Source: Eledone cirrhosa
Lineage: Eukaryota
Direction of reading: 5' to 3'
Length of the DNA stretch: 64,000 nt
Assembly: GCA_964016885.1 (NCBI GenBank)
Contig: OZ024740.1
Coordinates: 330,026,001 to 330,090,000 of the forward strand
Below are positions 42,230 through 56,479 of this stretch, piece by piece. The notes beneath the pieces were generated by a model. That model did not search any database and was not told the DNA's origin. It worked only from the letters and a program-made list of their open reading frames with translations. Each line of letters starts with the position of its first letter. The stretch's first letter is position 1. The translations under genes were made by a program, and so were the position numbers.

Positions 42230-42905
42230 TATCTTCTTCTTCATCCACTTATTTCTGAGAGGGTTGTGGATGCAGATTCCTTCTCAAACACTCCGTCCAG
42301 CCAGTTTGTTAGTAGCAAACATCTCTAACTGATCCAGCTGGATCCCAAAGCGTGACCAGCCAAGCTCATGGATGTTATCCAAACATCTAGCTCAGGGTCT
42401 ACCTCTGGGTCTCTTGCCGGTTGGTTTTACCTGTAAAATGTGTACAGCGATTCTTTACTGACACATTCTAACCAGTTGCTCATAATATAAGAGTTGTGAT
42501 CTCTCAATTCGGAGAATTAGCGGCTCTACATAGGAGTGACTCACTGCTCTCGTAGTTATGCACTTTATCGAGTAACATTACTCCAACGACGCTTCGGAGG
42601 AATCCCATTTCTGCCACTTTTATTTGCAATTGTATTCTTCTGGTCATTACTCAAGATTCATGATCCTCGCTAAGAGTTGTCAGGAATACCAGGAAGACAG
42701 TGAGTTTGGCTTTTACACCTACCCCCGTTCATCTGATTGATGAATGCTGATGCTGGCGCATTACTGCATCAGGTTTTGCAATTCTTGCACTTAATTCAGC
42801 CGCCTGCATTCCATCACTCATGAAAACGGCTCCAAGATACTTGAACTTCTCTAACTTCTTCAGTAGAACTCCATTCACATGTATATAAATTTGAGGGACT
42901 TCTGC
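42230..42905 (-). mobile_element. RTE-like LINE 3' fragment
   Basis: VNGVLLKKLEKFKYLGAVFMSDG..ELSARIAK, and downstream GKRPRGRP; (GAA)-like tail. Confidence 0.75.
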
Positions 42906-43114
42906 CACTCGCCCATCACGCAATGTGTATGTATGTTTGTGTGAATGTATGTGTGTGTAAAAGTAAGAAAAGGGATACACACATATATATGTCTAACTTA
43001 AAAACCGTGACACACACACACACGTGTCTCTAATTTCAGAACGCCGACAAACCTACGCGCGCGCACATACACACACTTTCCTATTACCACTCAGGAACTT
43101 TGTCCGGAGCAAAC

Positions 43115-43520
43115 ATCCCCTCAAACATCCCCTCAATTTTGGAACCGTCTGCGTTGTCCTGAATTGATGGGAAAAGACTCGACGGTCTTACTCTGTGCTC
43201 CTGGTCAAGAGGCAGGTGCCTTATTTGGGACGTCACAGTTAGTGACTCTTTTGCTTCTTTCCACATTCTGGATGCAGCTGAACGGAGCAAAATCCTAAAA
43301 TATCGTGTTCTCTCAGCTAACTACATTATCCAGCCCGTGGCGTTCGAGACGTTTGGGGGAGTCGGCTACTGACAGCGAGGTTCTTATCTTCACTGGCGGC
43401 TCGCCAAACAGAGGTAACTGGGGATGCTCATGGGGGCACTCTGTTGTTCCAGCACCTCAGCCTCGATATCAGCCCTGGTAACGCTGCGAGCGTGCAGGCT
43501 TGTCTCAAAAATTATTAGAG
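43115..43520 (+). pseudogene. Restriction-like endonuclease fragment of a CRE-like non-LTR retrotransposon
   Basis: ILEPSALS*IDGKRLDGLTLCSWSRGRCLIWDVTVSDSFA..KILKY..YIIQPVAFETFG..GNAASV. Confidence 0.75.
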
Positions 43521-43728
43521 AGGTTTCCCAGTGCTCCTCGCTATATTGGTTTCTTTTTCTCTGGTAGCGGCTCGTTTGCCTACTGTTTCGCGCGCATTTT
43601 ATTCTATGAGGTATAAGATGTGTGTATTACCTGCTTGTGTATTTTTTTCTCTTTCATTTTTTTCCTTTCCCTTTCCTTTGTATATATTATACTTGTTAGT
43701 GTTTTCGTTATGCAACCTTTATATTAAA

Positions 43729-46700
43729 CTAGCTGACGTACCCAGCTTCGCCCGGGTAAACAGATGATAAGAGAAGACAGGTAAAAGAGAAACTGACTGT
43801 ATTGGATGTCTGTCTGATTACAGTATGAGGCGAGTCCGTGGTGTCTGTGTGATACCAAAAACAGTAAAAACATCTTCCACATATACAATATTCTTCGTTG
43901 TACCGTTTGTGCATAGTATATGAATAATTCTAGATGCTCCCACCTAGAATATTGACCTCTAGGAGATGGTTCATCTTCTGCCTGACTGTAAAACGTGTAT
44001 CATTGCATAGACGTGGTTGTTCCACGTTTCTCAAAAGGATGCTGGAAGTTCCAATATTTTCTATTATATGTAGATATAGATATAGATAATTAATATAAAA
44101 GATGTCCGTCAATGTAAAAAAGGTCCCTATTTACTTGAAACGGTTTATACAAATGCGAAATTAATATGGATATGGATAGCATGCTTATCTATAAGTGGTC
44201 AGCTATAATAATAAAACAACAAATTATATGACACACAAAATTATTCAGTAATTTCCAATCAGTATTGCCAAAATTAAACTCGGGGAGGTGGCCTGGTTAG
44301 AACTCCAAATGGCGGATCCTTCTACTTCGAAAATAGAATCGTTTTTCAATATTACTCTAGCCTTGGCCGGCCATAGGCACCAAAGCTTTTTCCAGACTCA
44401 GCAGATGATGATGTTTTATTACCGCCGCTATCAGAAGCGATACATTTGAAGGCAATTTCTACCAATACTTGTTGGTTTTTATTGCTCATTATCGACAATA
44501 AAAGACATTGAACAGATTTGGTAACTCTGTCAAAGCTCACAATACTGATCAAAGGACACCAATGTCTGAATCATTTACGTCGAATATTCATAGCAGTGAA
44601 GGCAATGTCTACCAATACTTATTGTATCTATTGCGCAACATAGCTGTGAAAGCAAGTTTTTACCAATACTTGTTTGGGTTTATTGTTCATAACGACATTA
44701 AATGACATTGAACATGAATGATAACTCTGTCAAAGTTCACAATACTGATCAAAGGACACCAATGTGGGAATCATTTACGTCGCTTATTGATAGCATTAAA
44801 GATATGCAGACATCAGCTCAAAGCTTCATTATAGACAATATTCAGTGTTGTTCTTCTGTTAGTGGTATCAATTGCAAATGTTATACCATCAGGATCGCAC
44901 ACTCGAAATGCAGCAACATACAGGTGCCCATGGTTGAATGCTGGATCATTCAAGTAGACACGGCTTCGCTTGAAAGTCTGTCCCTGTGCCTTGTTGACAG
45001 TCAAGGAGAAGGTCAGATCGACGGGAAAATGTCTCCTTTGCCAAATGAATGGCAGCAGATCTTCACTTGGTCTCAGCATGATCCTCTCAATGAGAACCGA
45101 TTCCTCTCTGCCTGGGAGTTTAGCTTCTAAAACTCTTCCCCTCATCAATCTCTCAACATTAAATCTGGTACCATTGCAAATATCCATATTATGATTGATT
45201 TTTCTAAGCAATATAATCGGCATACCCTTTTTCAACCTCAAAATATGTGGGGAAAATCCGGGTATTTGAAGTGAATTCAGATACTCAGTCGGAACATCCA
45301 TATTGTTCTGCTGATTAGGCTTCATTGAATCCGCAATGACGGTCGACCATGCCTCTCCAGGAAACATTCCAGATACTTGTGAATTTATTTCATCGAACGT
45401 TGCATACGTATGAGTTAGAATAACGCGTTCCGATATCCAGGAGATATTCTGCCAAAAAGCATTCAAATTAGGGAACACCCAGTCAATCAATGCTTGGCGG
45501 TCCAGTGGCATGACCAAATGGTCTGGGATTCTTACAGTCTGATTATCACCAACGTGTGGCAATTCATCGTTTCCCAACTGCATCAACTATCAGCCGTATA
45601 TCTCAGTCTCTACGTTTTGCCCGAACATACGAAGTCGCATATTATCGTGTAATAGCAAAACTCTGAATTGGCGCCACAACGGAGACTTTTTCAGACAAGT
45701 ATCGAAAATTTGCGCTCTTTCAGCATTCCTAACAATTGGTAGCACCTGTCTGAAATCGCCACCAAGTACGATAGTCTTACCACCGAATGACAGATCACTA
45801 CCGCAGATATCTCTCAAAGTTCTGTCCAATACCTCCCGCAAATATATGTGTGCCATTGGAGCCTCATCCCAAACAATACGAGACGTATTGCGTATAAGGT
45901 CCGCGATTTCACTTTGTCCTGTAATGTTACAGACACTCAACTCATCCGGAGCCAATGGAGGCTTGAAGCATGAGTGGAAGGTCCTTCCACCACTCAGCAA
46001 AGTGGTAGTGATCCCACTGGTGGCCACAGGGAGAGCAATCTTCCTCTGAGCTCTGACTGCCGATAACATAGTGTTGAAACAGAATGTCTTTGCGGTGCCT
46101 CCTGGAGCATCTACGGAAGCACAAAGTTGCTCATTAGTGGAAATCGAGTGGAGAACGCCATCGACCAATCTCTCTGAGATTGGGACAACATTGGCATACG
46201 TTCCTCCACAATACGTAGCTGTTTCAGTTGATCAAACTGGAATAGTTCCATCCGATCGAGTGGCAACCGTCTAAGCTGCAATCTCATGTTCAATGCTAAG
46301 AGACGTTGCCGCACTTCTTCATCAGGAATTGGCAAATTGAAATATGTTAAACATTTGAAATGAACTTCAAGCAGTTGCTCAATATTGAGCAAAACAATAG
46401 CTTTCATCAAATTTTCTTCATCGACCTGAAAGTGATGCCTAAAATCATCAGCCATAATTCCCCAATGGCGTTTAAATAACTCTCTTGGATCGGCAGGATT
46501 GCAGAACCCTAGAATCGTGACAAACAACTGCCTTATTTGCGCTGGCATCTGTGTTGTTCCTGCAGCTTCCATGGCGTTCTTCCATTCAGCGTCATCCTGA
46601 AGGAGTCCCAGATGCTTACACACAGCCTGGTATGTTCCATATTCCACGCCATTGATTGTTTTCAAATCAGCGAAGCTCAGTTTACCTATCGAAAAATCAT

Positions 46701-49602
46701 TATGCAACAGAATTCGGAGATAAAACACATCACCAGATGCTGGATGGACATTACAAACCCGTCCAATAGTCATGAATCTGAACGTTTGTTTTCTATCATT
46801 CCATTTCTTTCCCTTCTTATCCCACGTATAGTGCGAAGGGAAATCGCAGTAGAGTTGCCTTTGATGCGGGTTCAAAGCATGTTCCGTATTATTCTTGAAC
46901 CACTCAGTCAATTCCGTCTTAGGAGGTGGTGTGTTAGCAATTCTTTCGACACCTCTTCTAGTGTCCTTAAAACAGACCAATTGCCTATTCTCTAAGTGAA
47001 CCGTCAGTTTCTGAACGCTGGGTTTGCGTTCATTGAGATCAAAATCGAACAATCCCGAGGAAGCTTCGCTAGATCCAATCGAACGAACAACCTGGAACCT
47101 GGCAACTTCATCTCCTTGGTTCGCGTCCTTATTCCTGACATTGATCATTGCCCGATCATGATATTTGTAAACATATTTGAATAGAAATCTGCAAGTTTTC
47201 ACTGAACTACAAATTTCCTCATTAATATGCCAACAATATTTCATAATCAAATATTGTATGGCACAACCCAATGATTTGTAACCTGTCGACCGTTTACATT
47301 TTCGACCAAACCGCCATCTGCAGGCGAAGGTCTTCTGTATGAGGGATGAGCATCCCCATCGTTCCAGGAAGTGTTCGTGACAAAAGATTTCGGAAAGTGC
47401 TTACTGCATTGGCAATTTTTCATGCAAGGCGCTTTCCAATTTGCCACTCCGCATTGGTTGTGCTCCATTGACTTTGCCACCAAGTTGCGTAGTGCCTCAT
47501 TCTCCGGCAGTTCAGCACACATAATTCTGTCGTCATCCTCAGCACATTTCAATTTGAAATCTCTATGTAAAATTATCAGCAAATATGCATGTGGCAATCC
47601 TCTTTTTTGGAATTCAATTACGTATGTAAAAGCAACTATACCTCCAAAGATTCCCTCTTTTTCCACATCATCCATTATCTTTTTCAGATTTCCTTTGAAT
47701 ACTCTTGCCACAATATCAGGACGGTCATTTGGCAATTGTCCTGGCAAATGTGCATCCTTAATATCAATCCATTCAGGATTGCATGTAACCGTTATAAACA
47801 AATCTGGGTTTCCAAACTTTCTGACAATAGCCATTGCATCCTGATAGCGAATGCTCATATATCTCGGGCCGCCGATGAACAACGATGGCAACATGATTCG
47901 TCGACCAATTTGCTTGTAATTGGCATCATCGGCTGTTATCGCATCCTGTATATTATTATATAATTTAGCTCTGATATGTTGCTGATGTGTAGCTATATAA
48001 TTTAGCCTTTGATTCTCGATCTTGCGAATGCCATACAACAGTATTCCTGGAAGAATCTGCTGGCTTGAAATAGCGCATTTCTCTGTTGATTCCTCTCGTT
48101 CAAATGGAACGCGTAAAAGTAGCGAATCGAATTATTGTGACTATTGCCACCTCCCTGTTGATGCTGATTCTCATGATCATCTAAATGAACAGACATGTTC
48201 CATCCATTTTCACCTTTTTAAAATAAAAGAACATAATGCAATGGATCGTATGCTCTATTAGACTCATTGATAGTCTTGAGACCATCATCTCTGCGATTGA
48301 GGACGATATCTCTCGATCCAGCCTTATCGTCCATCAACACTGCAACTTCACGAAATCCTTCAGGGGCATTATATCGCCGTTCGTGATGATTCCTTGGCAC
48401 TGCGTCAGCCTTAATCACCAATGTTTGCTGCTGAACCTTTTGTAGTTCAGTCACCAACAGGAATTCAATAACATAAGGATTACATGATTGCAAATCACGG
48501 ATCAAATCACTTAACCTTTGCCGTTCAAGTTCAGTTATATTTCTCGGCATCTTCATCCAACCGATCCTGATATCCTCCTTCGATTCTCTATAATCTGGAT
48601 CTTTAACGTAAATTTGAGCGAATCGCGGCCTCTCTCCTGGGGTAACTTCTAAATTACCGATACAATGATACATACGGCCTTGAATGACTACATTCGGTTG
48701 CCATGCTCCACTCTCAAACGTCTCATTAACTCTCTGCGATGCTAGAACTAATGTATTGTTAATTTGCCGCGAATATTTGCGCAGTAATCTACCTCAGCCT
48801 CCTTGATCACACCACATACTTAGTATTTCTAACTCCGGTGACTCCTCACCATCCGGCATTCGCAAGGGTTCTAGTTGACCTGCTCCTTTATGATAACACA
48901 TTGTGGTCCACGTCTTTTCGTGCCTCCAAAGCAATGCTCCACAATGTGGACACTCTGCTCGTCCAAACAATCCTTAAATGACACGGTTGCCATGATCCAT
49001 TTTTAATATCATTATTTCGCCTTCTAGCCTATTTACTGGAATGAGGAGCACTTTGGCGACACATTCTCTTATTTCCACACACATCACACACATGTCTCTA
49101 AACTGACACATATACATAGTGTATAAACAATGACACAATAATAAACATAAAAAAGTGTCCGTCAATGTAAAGAAAGGTCCCTATTTACTCCCTTTACAAC
49201 TCTGTGTATTTTAGACTAACAGACCGGCACACAGACAGATAAACTGCGTGGCGATTGTGAAACGCCGCACGTACATACACATACACGCATGGAAACGCGC
49301 ACACGCACACACACTTACACACTCACACATGTTGATAGTTTTTACTTCCTGTGGAACGCTGCACGCACGCACGCACACATAAACATACGCGCACGTACAT
49401 AGACACTCACACATGGTTATAGTTACAGCGTTCACTTTGACTCTCTGTTTCTTACTCTCCCCTCTCACTCCCTCATTGGCATTATGCGTATTAATTTCAG
49501 TTTGGCGTCGTTGAGGTGGGCGGAGTCGTTTCAAACCTATGAACCAATGATAATCGAGAATTATGACACACGGAATAGTGACGTTGTTGATATTAATATA
49601 TA
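43729..49602 (-). mobile_element. Helitron copy 2, near full length, decayed
   Basis: 3' hairpin acccgggcgaagctgggt plus CTAG at 43729-43732 followed by T. 5' region is homologous to 33370. Confidence 0.92.
44813..49000 (-). pseudogene. Helitron RepHel (Rep HUH endonuclease plus PIF1-like helicase), with stops and frameshifts
   Basis: Collinear ORFs: CPHCG Zn finger, FITVTCNPEW, EFQKRGLPHAY, FLFKYVYK, APGGTAKT, WDEAPM, GGDFRQVLP, TVNKAQGQT and HGHLYVAAFRV. Confidence 0.95.
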
Positions 49603-50061
49603 TATGAGTTTTCAAAAAAGAGTTAATAAATAAAGAGTTAATAAATAAATAAAACGTTATACTTGTTTACCCTCCCATTTACACTTCACCGAACGCTATC
49701 ATTACTGTATGTGTGTGTTTGTGTAAATGTATATGTTTGAATATATGTATGTTTGTGTGAAAGTATGTCTGAATTATATCCGTGAGCGTCTAGTTTTATA
49801 AGTTTGTGCTTGCGCGATTATAGTTATATACTCATACATATAGATCTATGTACATGCACACTCATACGCGTCAGCGTGTAGAAAATCGTAATCTCTCTAT
49901 CTCTGTCATCACACACTCTCTCTTTCTATATATATGGTAGTTGAAGTGGTGGTGGTGGCGACGATATAGCGGAAGTGCAACTTTGAAAAGAAGTCAATTT
50001 TATTTATGTTTACGAAATGTACTACATAAATTATGTAATATGCATTCATTATTTATTCAAA

Positions 50062-50160
50062 GTAACTTTGCCTCTCATCCTTACGGGGCCGATAAGATAA
50101 AGTACCAGTAATGTACTTGGTAATTGCTGGCCTTGTGCCTAAAGTATAAACAATTATTTA
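50062..50160 (+). mobile_element. SINE 3' fragment
   Basis: taactttgcctctcatccttacggggccgataagataaagtacc..ttgctggccttgtgcc. Confidence 0.7.
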
Positions 50161-50704
50161 TTCAAAGTAATCCTATTTATTTTACAAACTGGATTAAAAT
50201 AAATAAACTGTACGCAGCCCCGCAGACCTTCCTTTCTCATAGTTTAGATATGGAGATACGAAACAGAAAAGTCACGAGAAAAATCTATATTATTCAGTTT
50301 TTCTGGTATTAATGTATCATACCTATTTGGAGCCTAGATTTGAAATATTTAATTGCCTGCATTTAACATCAAGCACCTACTAAATATGGTTTATATACTT
50401 CAAACATTACGTAAATAAAAATAACATCCTTCCCTTTTACGGATAATTTGAAATACTACAGTCGACAATCAGATTTAGATGAGCCTCTGACAAGATTTAC
50501 ATATATAAATTAGTTTTACATACAAACGATTATTCGAAATAATATACTCACATGACAGGTCTTGATAAATTCATGATTTAACAATATAGGTAATTCCACA
50601 TATATGCGAAGTGTATATATATTAGTGAGGCATATATAGATATATAGATCCTTAGTAAAATGATCACTAACAATTTTCCAGAATTCATTTCCTTAACATA
50701 TATA

Positions 50705-53700
50705 TTTATGATGGCTGCCGCCGCGTTATCGAGTATGGTCATTGCACGAAACAAAAAACAAAACGAAACATATATATGAATAATTAACCTTGCTGCGATC
50801 GAATGTAGATTTTTAGCCCAACCAATGATGTAAAATGTCTTGCACACAGTTAGAAAACATGTTAAAAACATTCACTGGCAATAGGCGGCTGTGGCTGGAT
50901 TTCATGTACGTTTGCATGTCGTTTGAGCCCTCCTGCTGATATACAATCTCTTCCACATGCTTGAGAGATATGATGAGCAGCTACTCCGACGGCAGCCTGG
51001 TAGTAGTCAACCACTGGTCTCACTTTATGATTACGAAGATGACTTTCGAGTCCAGCTTTGCTGAGGCAGAGTAGTGCACAGACGCGGCATGTCTACGCCA
51101 TAGGAGGACTTTTGCTCTCTGGAAATGCCTTTCCTGACATCACTTTTTACTTTCTTGTATGCTATTCGAGATGCTTCAAAAGCAATTTTCCCATCATATG
51201 CAGTCTTTCTCCGTGTATTACGATCATAAGCTACGCTTTCGCATGTATCAGCAGAGACGTTAGCATTTTTAAAGTGGGCTGTCACCGAATCTTTATACCT
51301 CATTTTTTCGTTTATGTGGAGGTCATTTTCCTTTAACTAACTCTCCATAAAAGAGTTGTTTTGGTATTCTAGAATCCTTATCCTGGAAAGGTGACCACCC
51401 CATCGAAGTCTTTGCTTAAGCACAAGAGTTTCTATGTTTTACACGGAGAGCTTTCCAAAATCTCGACATCACTGATGTTGTCCTTCCGGTGAACACCATG
51501 GATCTGTCTGAGACACCTCTGATAGATACGTTCCAACTGTTTAAGGTGGTGTCGATATGTGACCGAGATCTCGCAGGCATAAAGAAGAGAAGAGAGCACA
51601 CATGCTTTGTACACCTTTACCTTTGTATTCTTTCATATGTATCGCCGACCGTAGAGGCGCCTTTCTAGGTTACTTGCTTTCGGAATTCTGAGTGGAATTT
51701 CCTCATTAAGATTGCTGTATCAATTGACGGTTCTTCCCAGGTAGACAAACTGACTAACCACTCCAAGTTGTTTACCATACACATAGATATTTGGGTCACT
51801 GTACTGCTTATCAGGGGCAGGTTTTTTCATGACGCTGGTTTTCTTGAGGATGACAGTCAATCCAAGGGCAGGGCAAGCATCGGAAAATGCATTCAAAGAG
51901 TGCTGCATATCAATCTCTGTTTGTGCTACAAGCATGCAATAGGTCTCTTATGATGAAGGTAAATACTTTTGTTTTTGAAGCAAAGCGCCTGATCTTAAAT
52001 AGCCTGCTAGTAGATGTAACAAGTATGCTTGCAATTCCTGAATGCAATATAGAAAGGCATCGCAAAATCTATGGAAAATAGGGTCGGTGCTTTAATATTC
52101 CCGTGTTTCTGTCCATTTTTTCCCTGAGATAGACTCCGACATGCTACCTCTGACATTTAACCAAGCCTTCATGTTATTATGGAAAGACCTAACCAAAGCA
52201 AGGAACTTATCAAGGCAACCAGATTTCTGCAGAATCTGCCACAATTCATTTCTGTTAACAGTATCGAAAGCTTTTGTCAGATCGACAAAAAGCTGATACA
52301 GGTCTAAACCCTGTTACATGCACTTCTCCTGGAGCTATCTAGCCGAGATGATCACATCAGTATTGCCGCGTCCAGCAGCTCGAAGTACAGGTTGACTTTC
52401 TGGAAGAACATAATCTGCAATGTGTGTCAGCAGATGGTCCAGAGGCACCCTACAAAAAATGTTTCATACGACAGAAGCAGTGATATACGCCTATAGTTTC
52501 CACAATCATTGTTGTTACCCTGTCCGTGTACATGACTACCATTACTGCATCTCTCCAGTCCTCAGGTACGGATTCACAAAGCCATATCCTGCCAAACAAA
52601 GAGTGAAGATGTCGTAGAAGTCTCTCACCACCGCATTGTAAAAGCTCTGCATGTATGCCATCCATACATGGAGACATTCCACTGTTCAGCTTCGAGACAG
52701 CTTCTTCACCATCCTTTAAGATCCGTAGTGTGCGAGAATTACTTTCGCAGGTTTTTCAGGAATGAGATTGAGGAAATTTTCATTGGCGAATGACAGATGA
52801 TTCAAAAGTTCATCAAAGTGCTCTCGCCAACTTCGCAGAATTGCCCATGAGTCAGGAATAAGTTCCTTGCCATCCCTGCTGCGAAGCTGTGTCACCAGAG
52901 AAGAAGATGGTCCATAAACTTCACGGAAGAGATTGTACAACAGCTTTCTGTTCTTGAAATCTGATGTAGCTTGTATCTCATCTGCCTTCTCACTCCACCA
53001 CTTATTCTTCATCTCAGAAAGCCTCCGCCTCACACGGGATTTCACATCCTTGAGTTCCTTATGCGACATTTTCTTCTCCTGTGGCTTTGCTGCCAAGTAG
53101 CCTGACAGATCACGTCTCTTATCAGCCAATAATACATCTATATGTTCGTCATTTTCTTTAAACCAGTCTTGATGCTTTCTTTCTACCAATCCCAGAACAT
53201 CATAAACCAGGTTTTTAGGGGTCGGCCAATCCTCATCAATATTTGCAACATTCATTTCTTCTCGCAATGTCCGCTTCACACTATTATCCCTAAGACAATC
53301 AACATTCAGTCTTTTAGGCAGAGTAACATCAGCAGCCCGCACTTTACGTTTTGTTGTTAATTTTACTTTTGCACGTACCAGGTGGTGGGCCGTCTAACAC
53401 CCACGAGGAACACGAACACACTGCACATCCCATCACATCCCCTAACAAGGATGTAGTCCAGAAGATACCATTCTTTAGATGCAGGGTGCAACCATATGGT
53501 CTTAAACCTATTCTCTTGCTGAAACATGGTGTTGGTAACACACAGAGACAGCTCCACAAACATTTGCAGCAGGAGTATACCACTCCTGTTACACTTTCCC
53601 ACCGCATGCTTTCCGATTACAGTCAATGTGATAAAATCCCTACTCATTCTAGCATTAAGATCACCCAGCACGATAACCTTGTCTGCCTGAGGGATATTTC

Positions 53701-54630
53701 TTATAACACCTTTCAAAGTATTGTAGATAGATACTTTTTCTTCAAAAACAGAATTCATAGTGGGAGCATACATAGTCACCAGGGTCGCATACCTTCCTTT
53801 GCCCAACGGAATTATTATGGAATTATTATGGACATTTATCAGGTGGATAAATTCTTCCAATTTATCCCCATGAGCAGTCTTAACAGAAAATGCTACCCCA
53901 GTATTTCTTCTAATTCCTTCATCTCTCTCTTTCCAAAGAATGTATATTTTCCACAAAATCCCGCAAGATGACGATCTGAAGCTCACCTCGTCTCGGATAA
54001 AGCAACGATGTCAAAATCAGGACAACGAAGATCGTTTGCAGCAAGCGAGGTCCTTCGCTCAGGACGTTCTGAGCAATCACTATTAAGCAGTGTCCGTACG
54101 TTCCAACAGCCAATATTCAGTGATTTGTTTCATTCTATCACAATGGCACGATGAAGGCCGGGCCTAGGCTGTAATGCCCTGGGGCCACTGCCGGGCCAGA
54201 GCCTTTCACCTGGTGTGGTTCCATAGTCCTTATTGCCAATTATCTTTCAATACAGTTTTGGGACAACATTGAATTGGTTGCTTTTTAAGGCTGAACTAGC
54301 CATTCAATTGAAAAAAAAAAGTATAATATTATTAATAATTATAATTAATGCTATCATGCAATGCCTATGCGTGGCGATTTTTTTTTAAGTGAGGAAAGAC
54401 TGTGCACTGAACCAAACCCACGCTCTGAGTGACAATAGTTATAACCCGAAAAGAAGAAAGGATCAACATCATCTGTAACTCCGGAACCGCAGGTTTTATG
54501 TCGGAATTATGCCAGTTTCCTGAGTTGCCATCTCCAGAAGGATCCCTGACAAATGTAAGGGGTCTTTCACTCCCATTAGTTTAACAGTGCGATCGGGTAT
54601 ACAGTCCGATTATTTCTATGTCCCCGCACA
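50705..54630 (-). mobile_element. RTE-clade LINE, near full length, decayed (APE endonuclease, RT, C-terminal Zn fingers)
   Basis: IGCWNVRTL, ALSETR, YAPT, VLGDLNAR and LDYILVR (endonuclease). FVDLTKAFDTVNR and FVYLG (RT). VLSSLLYACE. Many frameshifts. Confidence 0.92.
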
Positions 54631-54678
54631 TGAAAAAAAAGTGACAAACACAAGGCCGGAAACATCGGAGTATAAATA

Positions 54679-54725
54679 TACTCCGATGAATCTGGTCTTG
54701 TGATTGGATGAAACGATCGTTAGTA
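54679..54725 (+). ncRNA. Degenerate hammerhead-like motif with a short upstream foldback
   Basis: tact-CCGATGA-atctggtc-ttgt-gattggat-GAAA-cgatcg-TT-agta. Preceded by catcggagtata-aa-tatactccgatg. Confidence 0.5.
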
Positions 54726-54968
54726 ATTAAATGTTATCAAGCGCTCTTTGATTGTTATTTATAAATTGTTTAGGCTCTGTATTATATTTGTTATTTTACA
54801 TCGAGCTACTCTCATACTGGTAATTGGATAATATTAATATTATTAATATTATCGATATTATTGATATGTATGTACACACACACACACACACACACATACA
54901 CATATATATATATATATGGACTTTAAGAAGGCCCGTATAAAGGAAAGCAGAAATCTATACTACTGCTA

Positions 54969-55004
<36 letters not shown>

Positions 55005-55009
<5 letters not shown>

Positions 55010-55436
55010 TAAAATAACAAATTAAAGTTTAAGCAAAGAATCGCTGCTTTCACCCTTAACGGGATCTTCTGAAACTAACAAACTCAATCTGTGAACGAAG
55101 AAGTAAATATTTCAAAAAACGTTGCAACCTGGGAAAGACAGGAAGACGATACTTTGGTTCGTGGAAACGTTCGCTGGCAAAGAACGGGAAAACACGAATA
55201 TAATACGTCATTAATAGGAGCGGTGAAAAACAATTACGCGAAAAAACAGAACCACGTTTATGATATAAAATAAGTTGTAGACTAATGTTCTCTTAGGTGG
55301 TTCATAGAGACGTTCTCTGGCAATGAACGAAAAAAACGCAGATAATACGTCATATGCTCTACGGATCTTATATTTTTGATATATATTTATCCTTATCGAG
55401 CCCTCTTTGGATTTTAGTCTTCAAATTTATTATTAT

Positions 55437-55476
<40 letters not shown>

Positions 55477-55900
55477 TAAAATAACAGATTAAAGTTTAAG
55501 CAAAGAATCGCTGCTTTCACCCTTAACGGGATCTTCTGAAACTAACAAAGTCAATCTGTAAACGCAGAACTGGATATTTCAAAAAATGTTGCAACCGGAG
55601 GAAGACATGAAGACGATACTTTGGTTCGTGGAAACGTTCGCTGGCAAAGAACGGGAAAAAACGAATATTATACGTCATTAATAGGAGCGGTGAAAAACAA
55701 TTACGCGCAAAGACAGAACCACATTCATGGTATAAAAGAGGTCGTAGCCTGATGTTCTCTTAGGTGGTGCACAGAGACGTTCTCTGGCAATGAACGAAAA
55801 AAACGAAGATAATACGTCATATGTGGAGCGTGGAGAACAATAGCACGCAAAGACAAAACCACGTAAATGGTATAGCAGAAGTAGTAGACTAAGTTCTAAC
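55005..55900 (-). repeat. Tandem pair of about 467-bp units, each ending in (TA)n and carrying an HHR-like motif (55026-55076, 55493-55543)
   Basis: Unit starts repeat at about 55005 and 55472. Minus strand: agttt-CAGAAGA-tccc-gttaa-gggt-GAAA-gcag..ttgc-TT-aaact. Confidence 0.65.
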
Positions 55901-56300
55901 TAGGAGACAGAATGAATCTCCGCTACGGTGTTAAGAACAAAGTAAATAAATACAATACAGATGTAATAGAAATAAATAAATACATACACGCAAACAAATA
56001 CGTACATACACAAGCATACGCAAAAACTTACCATAGGAAACAAAACCACCCACATATAAATATGTGTGTGTGTGTAAGCGTGTATACAAATAAATAAATA
56101 ATTATATAAACATATAAATAAATAAATACGTATATAACAAGCGCACACACATACCTACATGTAAATACCCAAATGTTCGGAGACGTAAGTCAACCAAAAC
56201 ATGAAGTACACATATACCCACGCCCTACATACGTACGAACCTGCATACTCACACAGACGCAAAACTCCCGTATACACATAGCCGAACCATATGTACCAGA

Positions 56301-56331
<31 letters not shown>

Positions 56332-56479
56332 CATATATATACATATTTTGAGCGTAAGATTATACATTCGTCATGCATGCACTACCTTAGGTTTCAGGAA
56401 GCAGCTTGGTATTCAACACTATAATGGAGTCATTATCAGCACCATGTTCCCTTCATCCCTTTCGGGTATATTGGGACAC

